Below are positions 14,456 to 28,080 of a stretch of 44,819 bases of DNA, in pieces. Source of the stretch: Conidiobolus incongruus B7586. Its lineage: Eukaryota. The notes beneath the pieces were generated by a model. It made no database searches, was not told the origin of the DNA, and saw only the letters and a program-made list of their open reading frames with translations. Position 1 is the first letter of the stretch; the number at the start of each line of letters is the position of its first letter. The translations under genes and the position numbers were made by a program. The stretch is from assembly GCA_000697335.1 (NCBI GenBank), contig JNEM01012736.1, positions 1-44,819 of the forward strand, in the 5' to 3' direction.

Positions 14456-15692
14456 TTTGATACTAATTTTATATTTAAATAATAATTAATTTAATTTTTA
14501 AATTTATAAAATTTAAATATATTGATTGATCTTATATTTTAAATGATAATTATTAAAATCAATGAGTTTATTATTAATTTATAATATTCTAAGGTTTGAA
14601 TAATAAATTATGGGATTTAATGATACTCTCATCATTTCATCTTCTCATTAACAATAAAAAGAATATTTTGTAAATATTGATAGATATTATATGGATAATT
14701 AGTATGAATATATTGCAATATAAATTGAAGCATATTTTAATCTATATCAAGCTTGCTTTTTATTTAATTTCATTATACTCTCTATTAAATATTTGAATCA
14801 TTTTAAAATATTTTCCTAGACTAATAAATCTACCTTTTAACTAGTAAATTTATATAATTGAAAAATTCGAGTTTGAAAAATCTAAATATTAAATGTTAAT
14901 TGAATAGAACAACGATGTAAATATCAATAATATATGAAGATATAGAATATATATGGTTCATAAAATTGATATTTATTTATTAGTTAAAATATACTTAAGA
15001 GATAAATAATATGTATCATATCGAAATTTATACAACTAATAGGAATATAATACGTGTATATATTTTATACAGTGATAATAAAATCATTATATTCTTGGCA
15101 TTATTTATTGAACAATATGTTTATTAAAATTAACAATGATACTTTAAATTCAATACAGTTTTAAGTAAATAATCTAAAATATGGAAATTATTTTCACAAT
15201 TAATATTAGCTAAAAATTAATTTTATATTATTATTTTAATTAAAATATATTTCAATTTTGGATTTAAAATAATGCAATATTATTGAAAATAGATTAAGCA
15301 TGTTTTATACTTTAATGTAATAATAACTGTATATAATTTGATTACTTTGATATTCGCTAATCTATCTCAATTAATGAGAATGATTAAAATTAAATTGTCA
15401 AATCTATTATTTTGAAATTGATGATTTTTAGATTATCACTTTGATAGTGTTATTCTTGATTATCTATATTAGATTTATTTAAAAAGTAAATGATTTTTTA
15501 TTATTTAGAATGATTTTCGAGCTTTGAAATAAACTAATATTTTAATATTTAATAATTTGTATTAAATGCTTACACAATTAAAAAATTAATCAAATGAAAA
15601 ATTCCCATGATTCAAAAACAAATAACAATTTTAGATTTAAATTGATAATTCACTATTCTTTTTTGCTCTTACCTTAAATAAAATTCGAAAGC

Positions 15693-17438
15693 ATGTCTAT
15701 TCAAGTAACTATACCAATATTAGAAGTTGATAAACAACTTGGGAAAACTACTAAACTTGTCACTTGTAAAACTTCTCCCAATATGAGCTTAAATGACTTA
15801 ATTAATCAACTTGTTAAAGAGCATAATTTGGGAAATCCTAGTCAATATAATTTAAAGTATATAAAAATAAAATTCACTGCAAACCATACATTAATATTTG
15901 AATTATTTAGATATCAAAACAAATGGCTAGATAGGACCTTAATTTTTCGTTTAGCAAATTTGCCCAGAATGGCCAAATTAGAATTGAAAAAGGTAGATCA
16001 TTTTATTAAAAGTAAGTATTATAATTATTATATAAACTCAAATCAATGTTCAAACATTTGTTATTTTATTTTAGAGAGTGCTGAAATAAATATTGCACTT
16101 CAACTTAAAGATGGTGCAAGGCTCACTAAAAAGTTTAAGTTATCAACCACATTATGGCATATTTTAGTTTTATTTCAATTGGAAAATAGGTAACCAGCTA
16201 ATATATCATTGTTAAATGATTCCTAATATTTTATTGTGTATTATAGTAGTAATAATTTCTTGAAATTACAAGATAATGGATTATGGCAACAGCCAACTCT
16301 TCAATTATTGAATAGGGAAATATCTGATTTAGAAACGTTGAAAACCACCACTTTAGACAGTTTAGGTATCACTTCTGGTAGTATATTAATCAGAGTTAAT
16401 TATAAAAAATCTGATCTGACACTGGATCAAGTCGATCAGTTATTGACTATTGAACAAGAAGCATCACAGCAGGAATCTACATCCACTCCAGCAAAAGCTT
16501 CAGACCTTATTGAACCCAATAATAATCAAAAAACCAATAATGAACTTCCTCCCCAGAATAATGCTAGTAACATCAGTTCTTCAACTATTCCTGTCAGTGC
16601 GGATTCCGTTTCAAGTATCCAAACTCAAGCTAAAGATATTCCTATTCCAAATCCTTCTATTTCTGAACTTTCAACCCATCAACCGGATTCCAATCTACCA
16701 ACGGGGTCAATTGATTATTCTAACTTTAAAATATTCCGCCCCCTGCCTGAGGGAATTAACATCAGCAGCAGAATCCAAATTCCTGACGAATTCTATAATT
16801 TCAGTCCTCAAGAATTGAAACAAGTGGTGATTTCTCAGCAAAGAGCTTTACAAAAACTAATCGATGGAGGTCCATTAAAAACGAGCAAAATGAGGCAAAA
16901 GGAATTGGAGGATAAAATGAGAAAGTATCCTAAGACTCTAATTCGTCTTAAATTACCCAACTTTTATCAAGTACAATTTGGTTTACTCACTACAGATCCT
17001 ATTTCTAAATTATATGACATTGTAAGATCTATTTTGTTAGATAGTGAAAGACCTTTTCAATTGTATACTATACCGCCCTTAAAGAACCTCAGTCCTGATT
17101 CTAGTAATAACTGTTTTGATGAAGGGTTAACCCCTGCATCTATTGTTCACTTCAAATGGATTACAGAATCTCCAAACGACAGTTCCAATCCTATTATTCG
17201 TGATGATTTAATGGCTCTTGCAGAAGATATCGAATTACCTTCTCCCACCGTACAACTCGAATCGACACAGCCATCAAGAGATCCTGCACAACTTTTGAAT
17301 AAGCTGACCAATTCAAAAGACCATCATCAAAGAGAAACGCATCATGAGGATAGAGAGCCTTCTGATCAGCCCTCCACCTCTAAGCAAGCATCTAAGGATC
17401 CTGTCAAAGACAAACTTAAAAAGTTCCTAAGATTATAA
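15693..17438 (+). CDS. TUG/ASPSCR1 (Ubx4-like) UBX-domain p97/Cdc48 cofactor, 4 exons
   Basis: N-terminal TUG-UBL1-like segment (LDRTLIFRLANLPRMAKLEL), INIALQLKDGARL, IPDEFYNFSPQELK, PLKTSKMR, KYPKTLIRLKLP UBX-like region. Confidence 0.85.
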
Positions 17439-18300
17439 ACTACTCTCCAATGTCTTATTTGCTATTTATTAAAATATATTCAATGTTTGAAAGCAATTAG
17501 CTTTTACATTTTTAATATATTAATCTATCACTATTTTAATTGCAGCTACTATTCAAATGTTTATTTTACTAATCATAACTAAGGCTAATGTTGAAAATTT
17601 GTTTTAATTTATAAATATAACTTGAACAAATGTTTTTTGTTTAAACTGGATTGATTAATCTTAAATATTGATTATCACTAATTCAATCATTCTATTTGAA
17701 AAATCTCCAATATTTTGTTTCATTTTTTGGCAGTAACTTGATAAAATTCGATTCTAAGGTTACAAAAATTGTCAAGGTAATTGAAAAATGAAGGGATGAT
17801 AATTTGATATTATAAATGATATATTAAAAGATTTCATTCAACCTAATAAGTCATCCCATAATTAGAATTATTCATCAAGAATAAGTGCTCTAAATCAGTT
17901 TTTCTAGTACATCAATCAATAAACAGTATCATGAAATAACAATAAAATTAAATTATTTATTTTATTTGTAAAAAATTATTCATGTTTCATCCAAATACAA
18001 TTTAGATATAATAATCTAAAGATTGTATTATTAAAGTACATATTTCCTGTTTGTAAACAAAAAATAATTTTACCAAATTCAAATTGACTTTTTTCAATTT
18101 CTTTATTAGGAATTTTCAATTTAAGTGACGCGATTTCATGAGAGGAATGATTCTATCAATCCAATCAAATTTAGCTAATATTCAAAATAAATTCATATCA
18201 AAATTAATCCAATTAAAATTTAATTTTTATATAAATTTTAATGTTGATTCATTATTCAACAACCTTTTAATTTAATTTAATATTATTTTATTGAAAAATA

Positions 18301-19055
18301 ATGGCAAAATCTAAACCGCAAGGAAATTCAGTACCTATTTCAAAAGATGAAATTGTAATGATTAGAATTAATAAATTTAATTTAATAAATTAATTAATCT
18401 AACATTTATTAAAATATAGTTAGCTCATCTTTTCAGAAATTTAAATGAAACAATAAGTCAAATTGCTCAAGTTTACGAAGGAAAATTAGTGAATATCGAT
18501 CCTAATAGTTTAAAGAGAAAGTCACCTGAAGACACTACCGATGCTAGCAATAATAAGAATAGAAAGACCAAAGTTAAAAGAGATGCCAATGCTCCTCCTA
18601 GACCCAAATCAGCTTATTTACTTTTCTCTCAAGACAAGAGAGCTGAAATTAAGAAACAAAATCCTGAATTACCAAATCAAGAATTATTCAAAGCTTTGGG
18701 AGAAGCTTGGAATAAAATATCTGCAAATGAAAAGAAGGTAAATAATTTATTCATAACTATATTTAATTTTATTAACCATATTCAAAATTAGAAATATGAA
18801 AAATTATACGAAAAAGAGTTAGCTGAATATAATAAGAAACTTGAAATTTATAAAGCAAGTCAAAATGGTGGGGATATTCTATCTTCTCAAGAAATTACTG
18901 CTAGTCAAGAAATTCCAGACTCTCAAGAACTTCCTACTATTGAAGAATCTGAAACTCAATCTGAACAGAATTTGAACCAACAGGGAGAAGATAATTCTAA
19001 TAAGAAGAGAAATAAGAAAAAGAAGAATAAGAAGAATAAGCAACCCCAAGCTTAA
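18301..19055 (+). CDS. HMG-box protein (Hmo1/Nhp6-like) with acidic region and Lys-rich tail, 3 exons
   Basis: KRDANAPPRPKSAYLLFSQDKRAEIKKQNP...LGEAWNKISANEKK|KYEKLYEKE is an HMG box. ATG at 18301; C-terminal KKRNKKKKNKK; stop at 19053-19055. Confidence 0.88.
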
Positions 19056-19648
19056 TTAACTCTCTTTGCGGCAATTAAATTACTTAGATTTACTTGAATT
19101 ATCAATATATTTAATGCATATATAATAATCTGTCAAATATTTTTCTTAGTGCTATGAATATATAACTTTAACCAATTATTTTACTGCTTAGTATTATGTA
19201 CTAATTTTATATTATACTTGAATTGGTTATACATAAAATATTATTTAATAATGAGTGATGTTATATTCAATTTACTTATACTATTTATTTATTAATTTTA
19301 AATATATTTCAATTATTAATGAAATACACATTAGAATATATATTAATACTAATTATAATATAGTGTTTGTTCAAAGTCTAGTTAAATTTTTGATTTCCAA
19401 ATAATTTTTAATATAATATATTAAAAATTCAATATAGATCTTTGACTAAAATAGTATATATAAATAATACAATATAACAAAAGATAAATAAATGTTTATT
19501 GTTTTATTTAATTATTAATAATAATAGGAGGGATTAGTTGTATAATTTTAATTTTATAATAATTATCATGATAATAAATGGTAAAATAAATACTATTACT
19601 TTGATAAACTATTAAATGAATACAGATGGGTTGGTAGATGGATGGAGT

Positions 19649-21999
19649 TTAAGTTCTGGCACGAATTTTAGACTTAACTTTGGAAATTTCAGCATCAATA
19701 TGATTTAAACTTTCTTCCAGTTGATCTTTCCGTTTTCTGGTGGCTAAATTTAATTTGCTGATTGGAATTCTTGAATATTCAGATTCCAACTGATAAAAGA
19801 TATTAATAAAAATATAAAAACGGTGATATATCAAAAGTTACCTTTTCTTTCTCGTGTATGAGACTTCTCAAAAGAGCGTCTAAATCCTCAGGCTCTGAGC
19901 GTTCGTGATGCTCGTTCGATAATTCTAATTCTGAATCAGTTGGAGAGATTTGATCTCCAAAAGTTTGTCTTCTTGGATGGCCAGAAGGGTATTTAAGTTT
20001 ATTACTTTGTTGAGATTTGTTGGTATTGGGTGACTGTGAAAGATTATTAGAGTATTCTGAATAATCTCCTGAAGGTTCTGGGTTGCTATTGGGTGGGGTT
20101 ATAGACTGACGACGTTGAGTGTATATATTGTGTGAATTTTGATACTGGGATTTGGATTGCTCATATTCGTTGGGATAATTACTAAAGGAATTGAGGTTGT
20201 TGAAATAATTATTGGAATTGGGATAAGTTGCTTGGCGTTGGTTTAAATTCCTTGGCAAAGACGAGTATCCATTAGATTGAGGAGAGTTCAAATAATGTGG
20301 TTCCATAGTAGAGACTAGTGGACTGTTAATATTAGTTTGAATTACACTTTCTAAACTGAATTTAAGAGCTTGGATATGTTCTTGAGCTTTGCTATATTTC
20401 ATAAAAAGGTCATCTCTTTCAGCTTTGATGGCCTCAAATTCAGCAGAATTATTATTATTAGATCTAAATAGGTATATTAAGTAACATTAAATAAGGATGG
20501 AATGTATCTATCTTACCGAGCTTGAGCCAATTGATGAGCTTTACTTGTGAGTTCATAGGTCTAAAATTAGAAATAGTTATATTGATGCAGATTTGTAATA
20601 GCGAAAGTATATTTACTGTAAGCTGGTCTTTAAGTTGAATTTCGTTAACCTGTAACTCACTAATATTCAAATGTATGAATATAGATAAATATATGTTGTT
20701 GATAGATATTAATTACCTAATCTGCTTATTCAGTGACTGAATTTCTTTTTCGGCAGATTCTAATTTAGATTTTGTATCGATCAATTGACCCTATGATAAT
20801 GAGTTAATTATATGAAACGTGAATTCAGTTATATGTATTACATTGAGGTTGTGTAACTTTTCGGATAAAGACTTGAATTCATACTGTAATTTTTCATAAG
20901 CTGGTTTTTTATCATCACGTGCATTAGTTTGAGATTTTAATGTATCGATTTCTTTTTGGTAGTTCTTTTGCATTTCTGTCATTTTATGTTGCTGTTTCTC
21001 ATTTTGTTCTTCTAAACTGGTGATTCTCTGAATGGCTTCCTGTAACTTTTGCTGGAGGTCGATCTCAGATCTTTCTTTAAGCTTTAATTGTGATTGAGCC
21101 TCAACTCTGGCTTCAAATTCCATTCTTGTTTCATTCTTTTCCTTTTTCAGCTCAGATTCGAGTGTTTTGAGACGTTCGAGCAACTGGTTAGAGTCCGCTG
21201 ATTGATTTAAAGGTGGAGTGGGGTTAGAGATAGGAGCAACTTGTGGACTTTGAGTTGATGAGGGAGTTGGTGGCTGTATCGAATCAATTTTATCTAACCT
21301 GATCCCATCCAATTGCATTTCTAATTCGACCATTCCAGCACGAAGTTCATCCAGCTCGTTTCTTTGCTCAGCAAACGACTTTCGGATAGCTTCATCGGGA
21401 TCGTATTCACGATGGCCGTAAGTAGGCGAGCTAAGGCTGGAAGGGGTCTGGGGATAATGTACAGAAAGATTGGTATTACTAGAATTGGAATCTTGTTTAC
21501 TTTTAGAACTAAATACTTTAAAAATTGGCCTTGAGGATGAGATAGAAGTTTTCCTACGACTATCAATGGAGCTTGTCGTGTTATAATTAGAAGATAAAGT
21601 ATTCGAACTTGGACTATGCTTTAACCTTGAATTATCTGATCTAATAACAAAGATTCGAATAAATTTGATAAACTTTAAAAGGAATAATATTTAAATAAAA
21701 ATTGTGTGGTTACCTGAATTGATCAAAGCTTTTTTTGCTCGAAGTATTCTTTCCACTGGTGGGATTAGTTACTAAATGAATTTGATAAAAATTGATATGT
21801 TAAGGAATTAAAGTAAAAAATTTCAAAGCTTACTGGCATTATAAGCAAGATTATGATTGGATTTACTGCTCGAATTAGAAATACTCTGAGGGGAATTGGG
21901 GAAACTAGAAGGATTACTGCTACTGTGATTGCTGTTATTCGAGCTGTTAGAGGAGAATAGATTAGAGAATTTAAATTTAGTTTTTGAGCCAACACCCAT
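19649..21999 (-). CDS. Multi-exon coiled-coil protein with low-complexity S/N/P regions and an MPHOSPH9-like C-terminal motif
   Basis: ATG at 21999 (MGVGSKTKFKFSNLFSS...). Several ORF-track fragments join through ~55-90 nt introns. C-terminus LIHEKEK|LESEYSRIP...KRKDQLEESLNHIDAEISKVKSKIR. Internal splice sites are approximate. Confidence 0.7.
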
Positions 22000-24900
22000 T
22001 CTTTACAAAAGATTAAATATTGATAAAGTATTGATATAAATTATTATAATATATTTAATTAATGCGATATAGTATAATAACTTTTATTGAAAGATATTTG
22101 AGTTAAAATGTTGAATGAGAAAAAGAGTGGGATTTAGTGATTTGATTTGTTTTCCATTTTATCCCCTTAATTTACTATCTTTTAACCATTAAATTTTTAT
22201 CAAATTAATTGATATTCAATATACACTACTATGTATAAAAATTTTAGACTATTCATAATTAGCCGTTTATATTTATTAATTAATATGATTTAATTTGGTA
22301 ACCAATCCTAGTGACTTTTGATTGATTCCTAAATTATTGTTAATATTAGTATTTTAAGTATTCAGTATATTTTGCAATTTTATAATACGAATGGTAGTTA
22401 AGAATGATGAGATTGAGATATTTTCCATGGGTCCAGAAAATTTTTTCTCATTTAGCTTTAAACATATCCAAAATATTTAAGAATTTTGTACAAAATTTAA
22501 ATGATATACTGAAATGTGAATTGAAAAGATTAAATCAAAATTTAAGCTTGATGTTAATTATAAATATTAGTAGATTTACAATAGTAAGCTAATATTGAGT
22601 ATATCTTATCTGATAGTTTAAAATATTTTATTATTTTAATATTTGATTATTTATCCAAGTTAAAATTTTATTTTGTGGATTAAATAAAATCGCCCATACA
22701 CAATATTAAATAATGTTACCAATGAATTTAAGTAAAATTTTGCCATGTTGAATTAATAAAAAAGAAATATCAAATGATACTTTTTTAACCAATGAAATCA
22801 TTCCACTTGATGATAAGTTTATATGATATCATTTATAATAAAAATCTTCCCATTAAAATACAAAGCATATTTTGTGGTATTCGAGTTTTTAATAATATCA
22901 ACATTTTCAAAAGTAGTTTATTTAATTATATCGTATTAATGCCGCTGATCTTTTCTATATCCTACTAAAAATTTCAGTTCGGTTCCACTCAAGGAAATAA
23001 TTGCATTTAATAAATTTGAATGAAATCTATATTTGTTAACCTCAAATATTCCTTCATGAGATTAAATTGTATTTAGATGATTTAAATTCAAATTATATCA
23101 AATTATCACTTAAAATTGCAAAATTTGATTTATTACAATGTAAATAAAACTTTAAATTTTCAAACTAAGATATTTAGTAAATATTAATATATTTAAAGAA
23201 AGGTTTAGGTAAATTGGATCAAACTAATGGTATATATTTTGATTAAAATAAAATTGTAATAATAAAAGCTATGAAATATTATAATATGATGTACTTGATA
23301 ACAAATTTATTAGTATCAAAGGTGATGATTTATGGGAATGCGATTTAAGCTGTTAGTGGTATTGTATATAAAAATTATTAATCATGTTTGACTGAAATCA
23401 AAGCTAATTTATTATACTTTGTTATTAAATTATTTTGAGATAAAAGGATTAAATATTTTGGTACACAGCATGTTGTTAATTCTATATAAGTATTGTTAGA
23501 GTCAGATATTATTTAAAATAATTAGTTGATGATATTTAAGGCAATAATAAATATAAATTCAATGTATGAAACTTGAAATATTGCATTTAAATGACTTAAT
23601 GTCTATTAAAAAAGAAATACTTAATGTATTAATATTACAGGCTTTAATTATCACAATAACTGTAGCTACTAAAGTTCATATAAAAAGGTTGCAGAATTTC
23701 AAAAAGTCAATGATCTAAATATTACATTATAGTCAACGAATGGAATTCTAATCAATAACGATATGAATTACGTTACAAACATCAAAATAAGTATACCATC
23801 GCAAATCATTAGTGTAATCTTTTTTAATTAATTGTCAATTTTACCCCAATTTGATTGAGTAACGTTTATAATATTCAAACAAAACTTTACCATCTTATTT
23901 TCTAATTACCTGTAAAAAATTTGTATCAAAAATAATGAACCGTTAAAATATAGGATATTTTGATTGATTAAATAAATTGAAGGAACTCGATGTGTTCATT
24001 TACAAGCATAGATCATAATTTTTGACACAATCTGTAATTTATCAAAGTATCAAACTTTAGCTATGATTATCTTAATCAGTATATATTTGCTAGTATATAT
24101 TTTAATTGATTTTCAAAATCGAGGTCTATTTTAAAAAATATCATCAGGTACTGATTATTGCCAAATATAAAATATGAATGATAAAATTATTATAATAACT
24201 ATCCTGCTGTCTCTTTGAAAAAAATAGTTCGTTAAATTGAATAATTATTAAATATTAAGAAATTTTCGTTTTTTCAATATAATATATTCTGTTAATCTTC
24301 ATATTTAATAAAATATTAGAATTATTTTGTATGGTTAATCAAACTTTTAATAATTTAATAGAATAAAAATAGAAAATATTATTATACAGTTATTTTTTTT
24401 AGTTATATTAGTAAATATTTTTAATTTCATTTCAAACTAATACAGAATATCATACACAATTTCTAATAATTGTGTTTATAAGTGTAAAATTTGAATTTAT
24501 ATTATGTTCAATGTGCAATTTATGGATTCATGATAGAATATTACAAATAAATATGATGATATTGTTTTCAATTTACAGCATTACATTGAATGAATTATAT
24601 ATTGAAATATCATATCATATGCTTGAGGTATCTGACACCCTTGTTACGTTAAAGATATGTATAAAATGCAAAATTTATTTTTCTAAATATTTTTAAGCAA
24701 ATTATTATCTTGTATAATTTATTTGGATTCTTTTTATAATTTACTATTAATTGTTATTATTATTATTACTATTATAAATATCATTACAGTTTTTTTAAAT
24801 AAAGTTCTATTTAAACAACAAAATTTAATTATATAGAATTTGTCTTAAATATAGATTAAAATCTTTCTTTATTAGATATTCTAAGCTACAAATTATACAA

Positions 24901-25438
24901 AAATAATGGCTCTCAGTGTATAAAACTTGAACTATAATATTAAAAATTATATTATTTAACTAGAGACTATTTTTTAAACACTACCCACCCATTAAACACT
25001 AGATTTATTATATTTTCAAGCTTAATTTGTGATGAAAATATTATCTTAATTATTTTTTGTTTAATTGATAGTCGAGTATTATCGTTTAAATCCCAGAAAT
25101 TTAAATTTACTTCTTGATGTGAAATCAAGAGAATTTATCACTTGGAAGTGCTTAAATTCAGTTGAGCAATCAAAAATTGACAATATCTCAAATTAACATT
25201 CACAGAAGATCCTATAGATTGAATTGATTACATTGCTTACTGTTAGGCAAACTAAATGAAAACTATTAGTATATTTTTTAAATTTTTATTATAACAAAGG
25301 ATAAAATAGACAAATGATATATCTGTTGAAGAAAATATCCAATAATACAAATTTCAAAATGCTATGAGGATTTGTAAAAGCTAAGAATTACAAAGTTCTG
25401 TTGAAGGACATATGTATACAATGAATAATGATATGAGT

Positions 25439-27736
25439 TTAAGCTTGTTCGCGGAAGTACTTGGCGACGGCAGTCAAGTTACGAAGCGAGGCTTCGGTTT
25501 CAGTCCAGCCACGGGTCTTGAGACCACAGTCGGGATTGATCCAAAGGAGATCCTTTGGAAGGTAGTTCAATAATTGAGTAACACGATCCTTCATTTCTTC
25601 AACAGAAGGGACACGAGGAGAGTGAATATCGTAGAGACCGGGACCAATTTCGTTAGTGTAAGAATGTTGCTCGAAAGCACTCAAAAGCTTGAGATCAGAT
25701 TTGGAGTTTTCGATGGTAATGACATCAGCATCCATACGCTTGATGGCAGGGAAGATGTCGTTGAAGTCAGAGTAGCACATGTGGGTGTGGATTTGAGTGA
25801 CATCTTCAACACCAGTGGAGGAGAGTAAGAAGGCATCGACAGCCCATTGGAGGTAGTTTTCCCAGTCAACGTGACGGAGAGGTAAACCTTCACGAATGGC
25901 GGGTTCGTCAATTTGGATGACGGGGATGCCAGCCTTTTCCAAATCGACGACTTCGTCACGAATAGCTAAAGCCAATTGGAAGGCAGTGTCCTTACGAGGT
26001 TGATCGTCACGGACGAAAGACCATTGGAGACAGGTGATGGGACCAGTCAACATACCTTTCATGGGGCGGTTGGTGAGAGATTGAGCATATTGAGACCAGT
26101 AAACGGTGATAGGGCGAGAGCGAGAGACATCACCGAAAATGATGGGGGGCTTGACACCACGAGAACCGTAGGATTGAACCCAACCGTTTTGAGTGAAAAC
26201 GTGGCCTTCAAAGTTTTCACCAAAGAATTCAACCATATCGTTACGTTCGAATTCACCATGTACAAGGACGGAAATGTCGATTTCTTCTTGGAAGCGGACG
26301 CACTTTTCGGTTTCCTTCTTAATGAATTGATCGTATTCTTCAGCAGTCCATTCGCCCTTCTTCAATTTGGAACGAGCCAAACGAACTTCCTTGGTTTGAG
26401 GGAAGGAGCCGACAGTGGTAGTAGGGAACTTGGGAAGGTTGAGCTTCTTGCGTTGTTGTTCTTGACGAACGGGGAAGGGGGATTTACGCTTCAAGTCATC
26501 AGCAGTAACATTCTTGACACGGTCCTTAACTTCAGGGCGGTGAATACGAGGAGAGGTCTTACGAGCATTGATGGAAGCAGCGTTGGCATCCAATTCAGCT
26601 TTAACAGATTCAACACCGTTGTTAAGAGCCTTGGCAATGGTGGAGATTTCCTTGACCTTTTCAACGGAAAAGGAGAGCCAGTCGAGGATTTCTTTGTCTA
26701 ATTTGGTTTCACCTTCAATAGAGTGAGGAGTGTGTAAAAGAGAGCTAGAGGGAGCAATGATGACACGATCAGAACCCAAAGCATCAACAACCTTCTTGGC
26801 AACTTGGAGGGCAGCATTGAGATCAGCCTTCCAGATGTTACGACCGTTGATTAAACCAAGGGAGAGAGAAATGTGGCTGGGGAGAATAGGCAAAATTTGG
26901 TCCAATTGTCCAGGGGCACGAACCAAATCTAAATGGATGGCGTGGATAGGCAATTGAGTCAAGAAAGTGATGTTGTCACCAATGCGTTCGAAGAAGGTAG
27001 TGACAGTGATCTTAAGGTTGTACTTGCTCAAAGCTTCGTAAGCTTGCTTGTAGGATTGAGCAAGGGAAGCAGGCTGATCTAAGACGAGAACAGGTTCATC
27101 CAATTGAACGTGCTTAACACCAGCTTCAGATAATTTGGCAAAGAGAGTTTCATAGACAGGAATAAGCTTGTCCAAAAGGGAAATGAGTTCAAAATGTTCA
27201 CCCTTGGCTTGCTTACCTAATAAAAGGAAGGAAATGGGACCCAAAATAACGGGACGAGTTTCAATGCCCAAAGCCTTGGCTTCTAAATATTCATCAACAG
27301 GCTTAGTATTAGCTAAAGTGAAAGTTTGATTGGCTTTAAATTGAGGAACAATGTAGTGGTAATTGGTATCAAACCATTTCTTCATTTCTTGAGCGGGAAC
27401 ATCAACAGCGGGAGCAGATTCAGTAGCTTGGCGTTGAAGACCACGACCCATAGCAAAGAAAGTTTCTAAACCAGGCTTTAAATGAGAGTATAAATCAGGA
27501 ATAACACCAAAGGTGTTGGAAGCATCTAAAACATGATCGTAGAAAGAGAAATCATTGGAGGGAATGAAGTCCAAACCAGCATCCTTTTGGATCTTCCAGT
27601 GGGCAGCTCTCAATTGCTTAGCACCATCTTGGAGCTCTTGCTCAGAGACCTTACCGGCCCAGTAGGCTTCAACAAGCTTTTTCAATTCACGGTTAGCACC
27701 GAATCTGGGAAATCCTAAGTTAGAAGAGTAGACCAT
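25439..27736 (-). CDS. MET6: Cobalamin-independent methionine synthase (MetE/Met6)
   Basis: 765 aa, intronless. Motifs LGFPRFG, KWFDTNYHY, PTTTVGSFPQ, HGEFERNDMVEFF, QSYGSR, IHTHMCYS, NPDCGLKTR. Strong codon bias typical of high expression. Confidence 0.98.
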   Translation of the reverse strand: MVYSSNLGFPRFGANRELKKLVEAYWAGKVSEQELQDGAKQLRAAHWKIQKDAGLDFIPSNDFSFYDHVLDASNTFGVIPDLYSHLKPGLETFFAMGRGLQRQATESAPAVDVPAQEMKKWFDTNYHYIVPQFKANQTFTLANTKPVDEYLEAKALGIETRPVILGPISFLLLGKQAKGEHFELISLLDKLIPVYETLFAKLSEAGVKHVQLDEPVLVLDQPASLAQSYKQAYEALSKYNLKITVTTFFERIGDNITFLTQLPIHAIHLDLVRAPGQLDQILPILPSHISLSLGLINGRNIWKADLNAALQVAKKVVDALGSDRVIIAPSSSLLHTPHSIEGETKLDKEILDWLSFSVEKVKEISTIAKALNNGVESVKAELDANAASINARKTSPRIHRPEVKDRVKNVTADDLKRKSPFPVRQEQQRKKLNLPKFPTTTVGSFPQTKEVRLARSKLKKGEWTAEEYDQFIKKETEKCVRFQEEIDISVLVHGEFERNDMVEFFGENFEGHVFTQNGWVQSYGSRGVKPPIIFGDVSRSRPITVYWSQYAQSLTNRPMKGMLTGPITCLQWSFVRDDQPRKDTAFQLALAIRDEVVDLEKAGIPVIQIDEPAIREGLPLRHVDWENYLQWAVDAFLLSSTGVEDVTQIHTHMCYSDFNDIFPAIKRMDADVITIENSKSDLKLLSAFEQHSYTNEIGPGLYDIHSPRVPSVEEMKDRVTQLLNYLPKDLLWINPDCGLKTRGWTETEASLRNLTAVAKYFREQA

Positions 27737-27804
27737 AGCGTGAAAATAAATAGATTATAGTTATTTGTAATTTTATCCTTAACAGCACTGATAAGAGAAC
27801 ATTC

Positions 27805-28080
27805 CAAAGCCCTTATATAATTATTAAAGTGGCATTTAGCATGTGTAGGAGCTAAGTGATAGGGGTGATCCATCAATCTTACTGGTTCAATTCGCAATTT
27901 TCGATGACGTCTTTGAAGAATAGCCAAATTCACTTCCTATTCATCAAATTAATGTTTAAGCAATGACGTGCTAGAAATAATATTGGTCTGAATTTACCAA
28001 TCAATTGAGTTACACGAAATTGTGACTTGATTGCACCATCACTATAATTTCTGTTTAAAAACTAGAACCAATCAGATTTC
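27805..28080 (-). promoter_or_regulatory. MET6 promoter: TATA box, TGACGT (CRE/bZIP-like) motifs, CCAAT boxes
   Basis: TATATAA ~80 bp upstream of the ATG (27813-27819); ATGACGT at 27904 and 27963; CCAATCA near 27997 and 28069. Confidence 0.45.

Noticed and set aside
25574..27718. Antisense and overlapping ORFs within MET6 (up to 241 aa)
   Set aside because: Expected shadow ORFs from strong codon bias in a highly expressed gene; no independent coding signal.
25439..27736. Intronless, GC-richer MET6 as a horizontal transfer
   Set aside because: The sequence looks like ordinary fungal Met6; expression-linked codon bias explains the GC content.
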